36,627 nucleotides of DNA. It comes from a virus. Lineage: Duplodnaviria; Caudoviricetes. Of the stretch, positions 10,237-19,135 are shown piece after piece (within the stretch, counting starts at the first letter, position 1; each line of letters opens with the position of its first letter). Under the pieces are notes generated by a model. It was given only the letters and a program-made list of their open reading frames with translations. It was not told the DNA's origin and ran no database searches. The position numbers were made by a program, and so were the translations under genes. The stretch is from the IMG/VR virus record IMGVR_UViG_3300032212_000080, positions 1 to 36,627 of that record. One strand, given 5' to 3'.

Positions 10237-11209
10237 ACCGAGGTCTTTCGATCAACTGGCCGAAAGCCTACTCGCCCCGTCAGAGACGGAGGCCCCCAAT
10301 CCTGAACCTGAAATAGAAGAAACTGACGACGCACCTGATGAAGATCAGACCGAAGCAGAGGATTCCAAAGAAGAAGTAGAGGATGACGCCGAAGCAGCGG
10401 ACGGCGAAGAAGAACCCGCTGATGAGGATGACGAGACAGGCGAAGAAGACGCCAGTTCCGAGCAACCCGCAGACCGCCACACCGTCAAGGTGGACGGCGA
10501 AGAAGTGCAGGTGACGCTGGAAGAACTGAAGCGCTCCTATTCGGGGCAGTCTCATATCCAAAAGGGGATGCGCGAAGCAGCCGCCACCCGGCAAAATGCC
10601 GAGGCGGAGTTGCAGACGTTGACCCAGGAGCGGCAGAAACTTGCTTCGCTCATTCAGAACATCGAGAAAACCGGGATGCAGGAGCCACAAGCCCCTGCCT
10701 TGGAAATGCTGGACAAAGACCCCCTCCGCTACATGCGGGAAAAGGGGGAATACGAGCGCCAGCTTCAAGAGTTCAACGCCAAGCGCGCGGCGGTGCGGCA
10801 ACAGTATCAGCAGCACCAGCAAGCCGAAAGCGAACGGCGGGCGCAGTTCCTCGCGGAGCAAGAGCGTCAGTTGATCGAGGCAATACCCGATCTCGCGGAC
10901 CCGCAAAAGGCGGACGCGACGAAACGGGCATTGGTCAAGGTCGGCACGGACTACGGTTTTTCCGAAGAAGAGGTTGCGGGCATTTCCGATGCGCGCGCCG
11001 TCAAGGTTCTGAACGACGCTCGCAAGTGGCGTGAACTGGAAGCGCAGGAACGCGCAGCGAGGGCCAAGGCGAAACCCGCCCGCCCCGTTGTGAAACCCGG
11101 CACGACCAAGGCGCAGAGCACCAACTCCAACATGAAAAAACTGAAATCACGCCTCAAGCAGACCGGCAGCATTGACGATGCCGCCGCGCTCCTGCTTGCG
11201 CCTGAATAA
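10214..11209 (+). CDS. Capsid scaffolding protein
   Basis: Acidic N-terminus, TVKVDGEEVQVTLEELKRSY motif, coiled coil, LKQTGSIDDAAALL end. Confidence 0.85.
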   Translation: MKATEPSEPRSFDQLAESLLAPSETEAPNPEPEIEETDDAPDEDQTEAEDSKEEVEDDAEAADGEEEPADEDDETGEEDASSEQPADRHTVKVDGEEVQVTLEELKRSYSGQSHIQKGMREAAATRQNAEAELQTLTQERQKLASLIQNIEKTGMQEPQAPALEMLDKDPLRYMREKGEYERQLQEFNAKRAAVRQQYQQHQQAESERRAQFLAEQERQLIEAIPDLADPQKADATKRALVKVGTDYGFSEEEVAGISDARAVKVLNDARKWRELEAQERAARAKAKPARPVVKPGTTKAQSTNSNMKKLKSRLKQTGSIDDAAALLLAPE

Positions 11210-11221
11210 AGGAAAACGGCA

Positions 11222-12184
11222 ATGGCACAACCTTCCAACACCGTCGCAAGTTATGACATCACGGGTATCCGTGAGGACATGACCGACATGATCTATGACG
11301 TATCGCCCGACGATACGCCCTTCTACAGCAAGTCTCCTAAGACCAAGGCGAAGAATACCTATCACGAATGGCAGACCGATGCGCTGCGTTCTTCGGCAGT
11401 TAACGCCCACATCGAGGGTGACGACACCGTAGCGGACAGTCGCGCAACCACGACTCGCTTGGGCAACTACACCCAGATTTTCAAGAACGCCGTCACCATT
11501 TCCGGCACGGATTCCGCCCTCGACAAGGCGGGCCGCTCCGGTGAAATGGCGAAGGAAATCACGAAAATCGGAATGGAGCAAAAACTCGACATCGAGAAGG
11601 CGCTCTTTGCCAATCAGGCGCGGGACGCGGGCAACAACACCGGCGCGCGCTATATGGCGGGTGTTCCGGCGTGGCTAACCACGAACACCGAGTTTGAAAG
11701 CGGTAGCAGCGGTGCGGACCCGACCGGCGACGGCACGGACGCGCGGACTGATGACGGCACGCCCGTGGCGTTCACGCAGGCGCGTCTGAACACAGTTCTG
11801 CAAAGCGTTTGGGAATCCGGCGGCAAGCCCGACACCGTGTATCTGTCGGCCTTCCAGATGAATCTCGCCCTTGGCTTCACCGGCAACAATAACCAGCGTT
11901 CGACCATTCGCGCGAAGCGTGGGTCCAACGAGGTTGTCAACCATATGGATGTCTACGTGACCCCTTGGGGAACCGTAGAGTTCATGCTGAGCCGTGAAAA
12001 CCGTGCGCGTGACATCTTCGTGATGCAGTCTGACATGTGGGCCATTGCGAACCTGCGCGGCACCCGGAACGAGCCTCTGGCGAAGTCTGGCGACAGCGAC
12101 AAGCGCCAAGTTCTCACCGAACTGACCCTCGTTTCCAGAAACGAAAAGGCCAGCGGTGGCGTCTTCGACAACACCACGTCCTAA
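11222..12184 (+). CDS. Major capsid protein (DUF5309/SU10-like)
   Basis: GIREDMTDMIY.VSP.DTPF, HEWQTDAL, NYTQIF and LAKSGDSDKR motifs. RBS AAGGA. Confidence 0.9.
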   Translation: MAQPSNTVASYDITGIREDMTDMIYDVSPDDTPFYSKSPKTKAKNTYHEWQTDALRSSAVNAHIEGDDTVADSRATTTRLGNYTQIFKNAVTISGTDSALDKAGRSGEMAKEITKIGMEQKLDIEKALFANQARDAGNNTGARYMAGVPAWLTTNTEFESGSSGADPTGDGTDARTDDGTPVAFTQARLNTVLQSVWESGGKPDTVYLSAFQMNLALGFTGNNNQRSTIRAKRGSNEVVNHMDVYVTPWGTVEFMLSRENRARDIFVMQSDMWAIANLRGTRNEPLAKSGDSDKRQVLTELTLVSRNEKASGGVFDNTTS

Positions 12185-12190
12185 TGATCC

Positions 12191-12215
12191 GGGTGGCCTT
12201 CGGGCCACCCCTTTT
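12191..12215 (+). terminator. Intrinsic terminator after the capsid gene
   Basis: GGGTGGCC-TTCG-GGCCACCC followed by CTTTT. Confidence 0.8.
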
Positions 12216-12238
12216 CCAAAACATGAAAGGGGCTTGAA

Positions 12239-12679
12239 ATGCCTTCTCCATATTTCGACAACTACGGGATTGTGACCGTCACGGATGCGACTGTTTCGAT
12301 CACCGACGACGCACATGTGGGGCAGCGCGTGGTTCTGAACCGCGCCGCTGGCTGCACCGCAACCCTTCCTGCCGCGACCGGCTCCGGCAACCGCTTCGAG
12401 TTCATCGGCGCGGTTGACGCAACCGGCGATCAGGTCATTCAGGTGACCGGCGACGACACGATGGCAGGGGTGGCCTATCTGGGCAATGACGCCGCCGGGG
12501 CCTCGTGCTTCTACACAGCGGCGACGTCCGACACCATCACCCTTGACGGCTCCACCACTGGTGGCCTCAAGGGCTGGCGCGTCGTCTGTGATGATATTGC
12601 GGCGGATACCTGGGCTGTCACAGTCATGTCGGAAGCGTCCGGCACCGAGGCGACTCCGTTCAGCGCGGCTGTCACCTGA
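12239..12679 (+). CDS. Capsid decoration/cement-like protein
   Basis: 146 aa, beta-rich, TLPAATGSG motif, directly after the capsid gene. Confidence 0.55.
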   Translation: MPSPYFDNYGIVTVTDATVSITDDAHVGQRVVLNRAAGCTATLPAATGSGNRFEFIGAVDATGDQVIQVTGDDTMAGVAYLGNDAAGASCFYTAATSDTITLDGSTTGGLKGWRVVCDDIAADTWAVTVMSEASGTEATPFSAAVT

Positions 12680-12706
12680 TCTGAACCACACGACAAGCGA
12701 CAACAT

Positions 12707-12736
12707 GGCATCCCTTCGGGGGTGCCTTTTTGTTTT
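12707..12736 (+). terminator. Intrinsic terminator
   Basis: GGCATCCC-TTCG-GGGGTGCC followed by TTTTTGTTTT. Confidence 0.85.
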
Positions 12737-12747
12737 GAGGACCAGCC

Positions 12748-13029
12748 ATGAAAATCGCAGAGAATTTCCTCGTTGACGGCGACAAGCTGATCCACGCCCG
12801 CACGTTCGACAATCAGCCCGCTCTTGATCAAGCGCAGGAAATGCGCAGCGCAGGGGTCGGGATGACCGGCGAAAACCGGCTTGTTGCGCGCATCCCCATG
12901 AACCTGATTACCGACTGGCTGCAAGAAGCCGGGGTGCGCTGGGATGACACCGCATCAAAAGACGTGATCAAGCGAAAGCTGATTAGCGGTGAGGCTTCTA
13001 AGCTGCGTGTCTGGGAAGGGAATTACTGA
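12748..13029 (+). CDS. Small conserved head-module protein
   Basis: 93 aa, RBS GAGGA, VARIPM...W motif. Confidence 0.6.
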   Translation: MKIAENFLVDGDKLIHARTFDNQPALDQAQEMRSAGVGMTGENRLVARIPMNLITDWLQEAGVRWDDTASKDVIKRKLISGEASKLRVWEGNY

Positions 13030-15422
13030 TGGTTTCCGTTAACGCCATCATGCAGCAGCGCCGCGATACGGCGGCGAACCTGACATCTGAAAACGCGACC
13101 TATGCAGCCGGGGAACTCGTCATTGAGACGGACACGCTGCTGGTGAAGATTGGCGACGGAAGCACCAGCTACAACGACCTGACCTATATGAGCGTGGATA
13201 GTGTTTCGATTGCTGCGGGCGGGGCACTGATGGAGAGTGAGGTCACAAACCTCGCACAAGTCAAAGCATTCAATGCATCCGATTATGCGACTGCCGCACA
13301 AGGCTCGTTGGCCGACAGCGCACAGCAACCGCCCGCCGAAGGTGCTTTCGTTGATGGTGACAAAACCAAGCTCGACGGGATTGAGGCATCAGCTGACGTA
13401 ACCGACACCGCAAACGTGACCGCTGCGGGCGCGCTGATGGACAGCGAACTGACCGACATTGCAGCGGTGAAGGCCCTCGACCAAGGTGTTGCCACAACTG
13501 ACAGCCCCACGTTTGCGGGTGTTACTGTTGAAGGGGTAACAGACAAACATCGGGCCTTTGCCTCCTACAGTGCCTTCACGACTTGGGATGCGACTGCGAC
13601 ACCTGCCGTGGGGACCGTAGCAAGCGTATACATTGACGAGTTCCTTGGCTATATCAGCTATGTCTACGATGGCACTTCTACAGCCATATCTGCCTTGCCG
13701 GGCTGGTCCGCAGTTGCCCCTGTCTACCTCCAACATCACGGCGCGGTTGCAGTATATGACAGGGACAGTGTAACGACAGACTACCAGACTGAAATTCAAG
13801 AAGCCCTTGACGCAAAATACCCCGTTCTAAAGGTTTTTGGCTGGTTCACGTTCGATGATCAAATAAATATCCCGAACCACACCATTTTGGATTTTGAAGG
13901 GGGAAAGACGCGAACTGGTTTTAGCATCAAAAACAGCTTCAACATGCTTGCGGATGCAGTAATCTCGCTGTCTGCCCACGCATCCAATGGTGCCATTGGG
14001 GGCGCTACCAACAACTTGAATATGTGGTTTGAACAGCCGGGGGCGGATAACACAGTAGTAGCTGACCTGAGCCAATACCCGTGGGCCATTGAGGCGCTGT
14101 CGGCGCAATTCCGGCTGCTTGGCAACAGTCTTATTCAGCGGGCGTGGGATGTCTTAAATGTCCAGGATAATTCTGGGCGTTCCGAGATCGGTGATTTCAA
14201 CTTTTCCTGCTTCAACGAAGGTGCTGTTTTTGATGGACCGCTCGGCTTTATCAAGGTTAACAGCTTTAGGTGCAGCCCTTACGGTTTAGGCGTTCTCGGG
14301 TCGGGCAATCACCTGATAGACGCCTACTACGAAGCCAACCCCCTCGCGGTGCAGATCAACAAGTGTGACGGTATCTCTATCGACAGCCTGTCAGTGTTCC
14401 GCGCTCGCGTTGGAATGAACAACACGACAGCGACACTAAGCATCTTGCCTGTCAGCATCACGCAGCTACTTCTGGACGGCGACGGGTCCACGTTCACCTG
14501 TCAGGCAGGAACGGCGCTTATTAGCTCTGTCTACTCTACAAAGACGACTGCCCCAACAGACCCTTCCATCGACGTTTCAGGCGGTCAGGTCAACATCGGC
14601 ATCCTCAAGGCAAGCGGTGGAGAGGATACGGAGATCGAAGTAACTGGCGGCGCATTGAATATCAGTCGCTACGAGGCAAGCAACACCGCATCCGATGGAC
14701 AGGGGGCAACGGTTAGCGCGGGCCAGCTAAGCATCACCGATCTGGTGATGACCTTCGGTGGCACTCGGACGGTGCCATTTATTGAGCAATCAGGGACCGG
14801 CATCCTGCGAATTGCTAGCGCCACCTCTTTCACCAAAACAGTGGTCGGAACTGAGCTTATCAAAGTTACCACGGACGTGTCTGGCAATGACGTGGACGCC
14901 TCTGGCATTTACCCAAACACTGCTGTGTTCCCTTCTACGCAAGGATCGAACTCGCGCTACGTCAACAGGAACAACCGAACCGTCGAAAATACTGGTGACG
15001 CTGATGACTACCCGATTGGAGCTGTTAGCACAGGCTCAACCACAGTTTCGGCAGCCATCGCAAACAACCTGCCGACAACCGGACAGACGGGTTCGTCACC
15101 CGTGTGGTGGATTGTAGAGACGACCGGCTCTCAAGGCACGCGGCTGTCTCAGACGGCGACCCAACTCTTTGGAACCGCTAGTCAGAAAGGACGCACCTTC
15201 CACCGGGTTAATCACGACACATGGCAGCCGTGGTATGAGGTTTTGACGACCAACTCCGTAAACGCAGAGGTAGAGTTCAAGACCCTGCTAGTGAACACGC
15301 CTCAGACCCCGGCCTCTGCCTCTGCCACAGGGACGCAGGGCCAGATCGCTTGGGACGCTGACTACATTTACGTCTGCACGGCAACGAACACATGGAAGCG
15401 CGCGGCGCTTTCTACGTGGTGA
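13029..15422 (+). CDS. Tailspike / receptor-binding protein
   Basis: Mtd-N/hyaluronidase-N-like start (QQRRDTAAN...GELVIETDT..KIGDG), probable beta-helix core, knob-like WQPWYEV, C-terminal GQIAWDADYIYVC..TNTWKR. Confidence 0.8.
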   Translation: MVSVNAIMQQRRDTAANLTSENATYAAGELVIETDTLLVKIGDGSTSYNDLTYMSVDSVSIAAGGALMESEVTNLAQVKAFNASDYATAAQGSLADSAQQPPAEGAFVDGDKTKLDGIEASADVTDTANVTAAGALMDSELTDIAAVKALDQGVATTDSPTFAGVTVEGVTDKHRAFASYSAFTTWDATATPAVGTVASVYIDEFLGYISYVYDGTSTAISALPGWSAVAPVYLQHHGAVAVYDRDSVTTDYQTEIQEALDAKYPVLKVFGWFTFDDQINIPNHTILDFEGGKTRTGFSIKNSFNMLADAVISLSAHASNGAIGGATNNLNMWFEQPGADNTVVADLSQYPWAIEALSAQFRLLGNSLIQRAWDVLNVQDNSGRSEIGDFNFSCFNEGAVFDGPLGFIKVNSFRCSPYGLGVLGSGNHLIDAYYEANPLAVQINKCDGISIDSLSVFRARVGMNNTTATLSILPVSITQLLLDGDGSTFTCQAGTALISSVYSTKTTAPTDPSIDVSGGQVNIGILKASGGEDTEIEVTGGALNISRYEASNTASDGQGATVSAGQLSITDLVMTFGGTRTVPFIEQSGTGILRIASATSFTKTVVGTELIKVTTDVSGNDVDASGIYPNTAVFPSTQGSNSRYVNRNNRTVENTGDADDYPIGAVSTGSTTVSAAIANNLPTTGQTGSSPVWWIVETTGSQGTRLSQTATQLFGTASQKGRTFHRVNHDTWQPWYEVLTTNSVNAEVEFKTLLVNTPQTPASASATGTQGQIAWDADYIYVCTATNTWKRAALSTW

Positions 15423-15428
15423 GGCGAC

Positions 15429-15497
15429 ATGACGGATGAAGAACGGCAAATGCTCAAGCAACTATGCGCGGAATGGTGTAAAGATGATCCCGCTTAG
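15429..15497 (+). CDS. Possible 22-aa peptide
   Basis: GAGG followed by ATG, giving MTDEERQMLKQLCAEWCKDDPA. Fills the gap between tailspike and the next gene. Confidence 0.3.
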   Translation: MTDEERQMLKQLCAEWCKDDPA

Positions 15498-15882
15498 AAA
15501 AACAGCAGAAATCATCATGGCGCTATATGTCCTCGGGTTTAGCGGATTTGTGGCGATGAACCATGCGCGGGGAATAAACGCTCTTGAGTGGGCCGGAATG
15601 ACACATGTTGAGGCATTGCAATTTGCGTGGATTTGCCTCGGTGCGTCTGCGATTCATGCGTTTGGAATTTGGCTGAACGGGTCTTTCCGGTGGTCGCCGT
15701 TTATTCGGGCGGGCGCGCTCATGGCCTTGTCATTGGCGTTCTTGGATCTGGCTTGGGCCGGTGCTGGGAACACCGCGAGTTACACCTACCTATGGGTGTT
15801 TTTTGGTTTCCTTCTGGCGCTGAGAACGACGGTGCGCGACTGCATCCTTGCATTGCGGGGGTATTATGGAACAGATCATTAA
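15484..15882 (+). CDS. Multi-pass membrane protein of the lysis module
   Basis: About 4 hydrophobic segments, precedes the lysozyme. Confidence 0.6.
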   Translation: MIPLRKTAEIIMALYVLGFSGFVAMNHARGINALEWAGMTHVEALQFAWICLGASAIHAFGIWLNGSFRWSPFIRAGALMALSLAFLDLAWAGAGNTASYTYLWVFFGFLLALRTTVRDCILALRGYYGTDH

Positions 15883-16192
15883 CGAGTTCGCCGGATATGG
15901 TCCGATTGGTCTTGTGGTCGCGCTCATTCTTTTCATGATGCGCGGCGAGATCATTGCGACCCTGCGCGGCGGCACCACTGAAACAAGCCGCTTGATTGAG
16001 TCGATCAACAAGAACACCGCCGAAATGACGCGGATGGTTGATGCGATAGGCGGCCAAACCAAGCAGTTCGAGAACAACAATCAGTATTTTCAACAGGCGG
16101 TTGGCGGCATTGGTGAGGTGGCTCGGCACACAAACGAAACGCATAGGGAGATAACGGAACTGCGCATTGCGCTGGCAGGAAGGGGGAAGTAA
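15866..16192 (+). CDS. Single-TM coiled-coil protein, holin/antiholin-like
   Basis: N-terminal TM segment GPIGLVVALILFMM followed by heptads, coupled to the lysozyme start. Confidence 0.55.
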   Translation: MEQIINEFAGYGPIGLVVALILFMMRGEIIATLRGGTTETSRLIESINKNTAEMTRMVDAIGGQTKQFENNNQYFQQAVGGIGEVARHTNETHREITELRIALAGRGK

Positions 16193-16893
16193 TGGAAACT
16201 AGCCTCAGAGGTTTGGTCGCAATTGTTCGCAGCGAGGGCGTTGTCCCTGCGCCTTACATCGACCCTGTAGGTGTATGGACGTTTGGCATTGGGCACACGG
16301 CCATGAGCGGAGAGCCTAACCCGGAAACCATGCCGCGCGGTATGCCAGACGATGTTGACGCGGCGATTGTGCGGGCGTTCGATCTGTTCCGCCTGCGCAT
16401 CAAGAAATATGAGCGTGAGGTCAGCGCGGCGATTTCAGTGCCGCTTCAACAGCATGAGTTCGACGCGCTGGTTTCGTTTCATTTCAATACCGGTGCTATC
16501 CGAAAGGCGTCCGCTACTAAATCATTGAATGCGGGCTATCGGGAGGACGCTGCACGGCGTCTGACACTCTACAACAAGGGACGAATTAACGGGCGTCTCA
16601 CGGTTTTGCCTGGCCTTGTTAATCGGCGGTCGGAAGAACGCGACCTGTTTTTGACCGGAGTTTATCCCAGCGGCGACGTTCCTGTGTGGAAGGTGCAGTC
16701 CAACAACAAATATAGAGGCGTCTATAAAACTTTGTCCGGGCGCGATATAGAACAACTGCTTGCCGGCGTCACGCCCGCACAGCCCCCCGCACAGCCCGTT
16801 GAGGGCGTTTCGCTGGCATCATCTCCCCAAAAGCCCGCAACCGGCCTGTTGGCGGCGCTCATGCGCTTGTTCGGCGGCAAGAAAGGAAGATGA
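16192..16893 (+). CDS. Endolysin, GH24 lysozyme
   Basis: E-8x-D-5x-T triad (SEGVVPAPYIDPVGVWTFGIGHT), FDALVSFHFNTG and GLVNRRSEERDLF motifs. Confidence 0.92.
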   Translation: METSLRGLVAIVRSEGVVPAPYIDPVGVWTFGIGHTAMSGEPNPETMPRGMPDDVDAAIVRAFDLFRLRIKKYEREVSAAISVPLQQHEFDALVSFHFNTGAIRKASATKSLNAGYREDAARRLTLYNKGRINGRLTVLPGLVNRRSEERDLFLTGVYPSGDVPVWKVQSNNKYRGVYKTLSGRDIEQLLAGVTPAQPPAQPVEGVSLASSPQKPATGLLAALMRLFGGKKGR

Positions 16894-16894
16894 T

Positions 16895-17128
16895 ATGAGT
16901 TTTCGATATTTTCGCCCAACCTCTCTAACATGGTGGGCAGGCATGTTCTCAATCACAATCGGCGCGCTGCTTTTGAGCGGTGCCGGGGAATGGGCGTCAG
17001 AGCTTGGTCGCTTCATTGCCATTATGGCAGGCGGTCAGGACGCAAGCCCGGCTGCGCTTTTCGTCCTCGGCGCGGGCTTGGTCGGCATTCGCGACAAGAT
17101 CGAGCGCATTTTCGAGGGCGAAGAATGA
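16895..17128 (+). CDS. Holin candidate (2 TM)
   Basis: RBS AAGGAAG, two hydrophobic helices and a charged C-terminus. Confidence 0.6.
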   Translation: MSFRYFRPTSLTWWAGMFSITIGALLLSGAGEWASELGRFIAIMAGGQDASPAALFVLGAGLVGIRDKIERIFEGEE

Positions 17129-17358
17129 TTGCGGATCTGCTATGGGGATGGATGGCCGGAGCCTGGCAATATGTGGCTATGGGAGTTGGCGCGGTTGCGC
17201 TGTTCTTCGCCGGGCGTCGGCAGGGCAAGGTCAACGAGCGAAACAGGGCAAAGGAGGCTGACAATGAAAGGGCGAACGAAATTCGTGATCGGGTTGAGTT
17301 TGATCTTCCTGACCGCGTGCGCAAATACGACGGGGCTGGTTACCGCGACAGAAAGTGA
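17125..17358 (+). CDS. i-spanin (Rz-like)
   Basis: N-terminal TM plus charged coiled region, overlaps the lipoprotein gene. Confidence 0.7.
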   Translation: MIADLLWGWMAGAWQYVAMGVGAVALFFAGRRQGKVNERNRAKEADNERANEIRDRVEFDLPDRVRKYDGAGYRDRK

Positions 17359-17494
17359 AATCTGTCGCTCGTGGGGCGGGTCTCTGGCAACGCGATCCGT
17401 GGACGATACGGCTCAGACGCAGGCCGAAATCCAGAATGCCTATGCCGTGTTTTCCCTGGCCTGTCCTGAATGGGAAAACCTGATACCGGAGTGA
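17264..17494 (+). CDS. o-spanin lipoprotein (Rz1-like)
   Basis: AGGAGG RBS, MKGRTKFVIGLSLIFLTA-C lipobox, overlapped-spanin layout. Confidence 0.78.
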   Translation: MKGRTKFVIGLSLIFLTACANTTGLVTATESEICRSWGGSLATRSVDDTAQTQAEIQNAYAVFSLACPEWENLIPE

Positions 17495-17498
17495 GCAA

Positions 17499-17735
17499 AT
17501 GCTAAGCGTAATCATTTTCGCATGTGTACTGGAAAACGGGGTGCAGTCTTGTGGCGTAACATCGCCGCCGCCGGGGTTTTTCGTGGCCGCGCCAGATGGA
17601 TTGTTCGCCCAGGATCAACGCGAGGAATGCGAGCGGCTGGCCGATGCAACTGCGAATTTCGTCCTAAACCAGATGCTACTGCGCAACCTTGAGCCGACGA
17701 TGGTTCGGGGCGCGTGCGTCGATCCAGCAACATAA
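17499..17735 (+). CDS. Small Cys-containing exported hypothetical protein
   Basis: 78 aa, hydrophobic N-terminus, 4 Cys. Confidence 0.45.
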   Translation: MLSVIIFACVLENGVQSCGVTSPPPGFFVAAPDGLFAQDQREECERLADATANFVLNQMLLRNLEPTMVRGACVDPAT

Positions 17736-17830
17736 TCCGCGCCGGGCGGTTCCCGGTTTTCAAGAAGGAAAGGTCCGTGTAGACTAGGCGTTATACGCCG
17801 CCTATATCATCTGCCCTGGTGATCCAACTC

Positions 17831-17860
17831 GCCCGTCAGTTCACGCTGGCGGGCTTTTTT
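17831..17860 (+). terminator. Intrinsic terminator ending the late operon
   Basis: GCCCGTCAG...CTGGCGGGC followed by TTTTTT, at the convergence of the two arms. Confidence 0.85.
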
Positions 17861-17907
17861 ATTGTTTGTCTATCAGACTTCGTATCGCGGTGGTCAGGTT
17901 GGTGGCG

Positions 17908-18051
17908 TCACCAGAACGCATAGAATACTCCAACAATAAGGGCGATGCCGATCATCCACCCCAGCATGGCGTAGAGGGCAAACCGCAGAAGGCCAGTTCC
18001 GGGGCGTGCTTCGCCGGGCAGGTGGTCGGGTTCGTGGTGGTGTGGGGTCAT
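17908..18051 (-). CDS. 47-aa membrane peptide
   Basis: MTPHHHEPD...LLRFALYAMLGWMIGIALIVGVFYAFW, ATGA coupling. Confidence 0.55.
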   Translation of the reverse strand: MTPHHHEPDHLPGEARPGTGLLRFALYAMLGWMIGIALIVGVFYAFW

Positions 18052-18218
18052 GGCTCTTCCCTTTCCGTCACGTCGATAAACCCGTAGCAATCCTCACCGC
18101 CGGGGTAATCTGTATAGACCTGATATGTCGGGTGCCCCGGATCGAGAAACCGCGCGCATTTCTGCGATAACGGGCAGTTCTCATTGTCGCAGCGGGAATA
18201 GTCGAAGGGTAGCTTCAT
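18048..18218 (-). CDS. 56-aa Cys-rich protein (not in the ORF track)
   Basis: MKLPFDYSRCDNENCPLSQKCARF..., coupled to both neighbours. Confidence 0.65.
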   Translation of the reverse strand: MKLPFDYSRCDNENCPLSQKCARFLDPGHPTYQVYTDYPGGEDCYGFIDVTEREEP

Positions 18219-18493
18219 CACCAAAAATCCTCGCTGAAAGCATCGCGTCCGTGGGGATCATCCCGAACGATTGGCTGCTTAGCCATGTGGGCGATTTGCT
18301 TGGCCTGAACCCGGTTCACAAATCGTCCATCAGAGGTAAGAAACCCCTGGCACCCTGCTGATAGCCAAATATCTGGAACAAGACCCTCCATACAATGAAG
18401 GACTTGACCGTGGCGCGCTGGCCTGGGGAGGCTGAATGTCAGACCCTCAACCTGCACAGCAGCCGCGACAATGGTTTCTCCGATGTTTGTCAT
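18218..18493 (-). CDS. Phage hypothetical protein
   Basis: IVAAA...PARH...QGFLTSDGRFVNR..A...FSEDFW, a recurring phage family. Confidence 0.7.
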   Translation of the reverse strand: MTNIGETIVAAAVQVEGLTFSLPRPARHGQVLHCMEGLVPDIWLSAGCQGFLTSDGRFVNRVQAKQIAHMAKQPIVRDDPHGRDAFSEDFW

Positions 18494-18687
18494 GGCGTCA
18501 CACTCCATCCGCATTTTTCACATTTGAGGCAATCGACCAACTTTCCCGGTCCTCCGACCGAAAATGTCGTTGAATAGCCATCACCCGGAAAGTCGGGCAT
18601 CCCGCCCTTGGTCGTTGATAACAGGCCTTTGCTGGCCATCATGGTGCCGCCGCATTCTCGGCATGTCTGCGGCTTCGGATCACTCAT
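18490..18687 (-). CDS. Zinc-ribbon protein
   Basis: CRECGG...KCEKCGWS, ATGA overlaps. Confidence 0.65.
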   Translation of the reverse strand: MSDPKPQTCRECGGTMMASKGLLSTTKGGMPDFPGDGYSTTFSVGGPGKLVDCLKCEKCGWSVTP

Positions 18688-19135
18688 GGCCTTACCCTCT
18701 CGAAAATGAGTTTCCCTGATTTCGTCATCCCGCACCCCTTCCAGCCAGCCAGTTTGAAGCAGTATCCGGGATTGGCGCTCCGTATGCTTGGCGCGTGGAC
18801 GTAGGTGTAATGCCTGCGACAAGACCACACCGCATCAGCGATAGCGTCAGCCTGTCGGATAAGGACGGACGATAGGTGGGGACTTTCGTTGCGGAAAAAA
18901 GCGCAGTTGATACCGCGCTCTCCGCTGTCGCTGATGAAACTTCGCCAAACAAATCCGGCATCGCCGAGGCGGGTTCGCAGGACGATTTTTTCACCAGGGC
19001 CGCAGAACAAGCGGCGCACCCTCCCATCTTTGTATTGGTAGGCGCTGTAGTGCCGCTCATACAGTGCCAAGAGGGTGCGGTCTCCGTCCTTGGTGATCCA
19101 CCAAAAGGGGCGGCGTCATCCTTGCGGTCACTCAT
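18684..19135 (-). CDS. Putative Mom-like/GNAT-fold protein requiring a -1 frameshift at 19103-19109
   Basis: The ATG at 19135 is coupled to the upstream stop. The protein-like body (WWITKDGD..ERHYS..FRNE..SS.LI..TYV..NPGYCF..AGW) is in the -1 frame, and that frame has a stop just upstream of WW. Confidence 0.5.

Noticed and set aside
11675-12706. Long antisense ORFs (also 3272-4306 and 29115-29978)
   Set aside because: They shadow real genes in GC-rich DNA and have no motifs or RBS.
13029-15422. Diversity-generating retroelement target (Mtd-like N-terminus)
   Set aside because: No reverse transcriptase, Avd, or adenine-variant TR/VR pair was seen.
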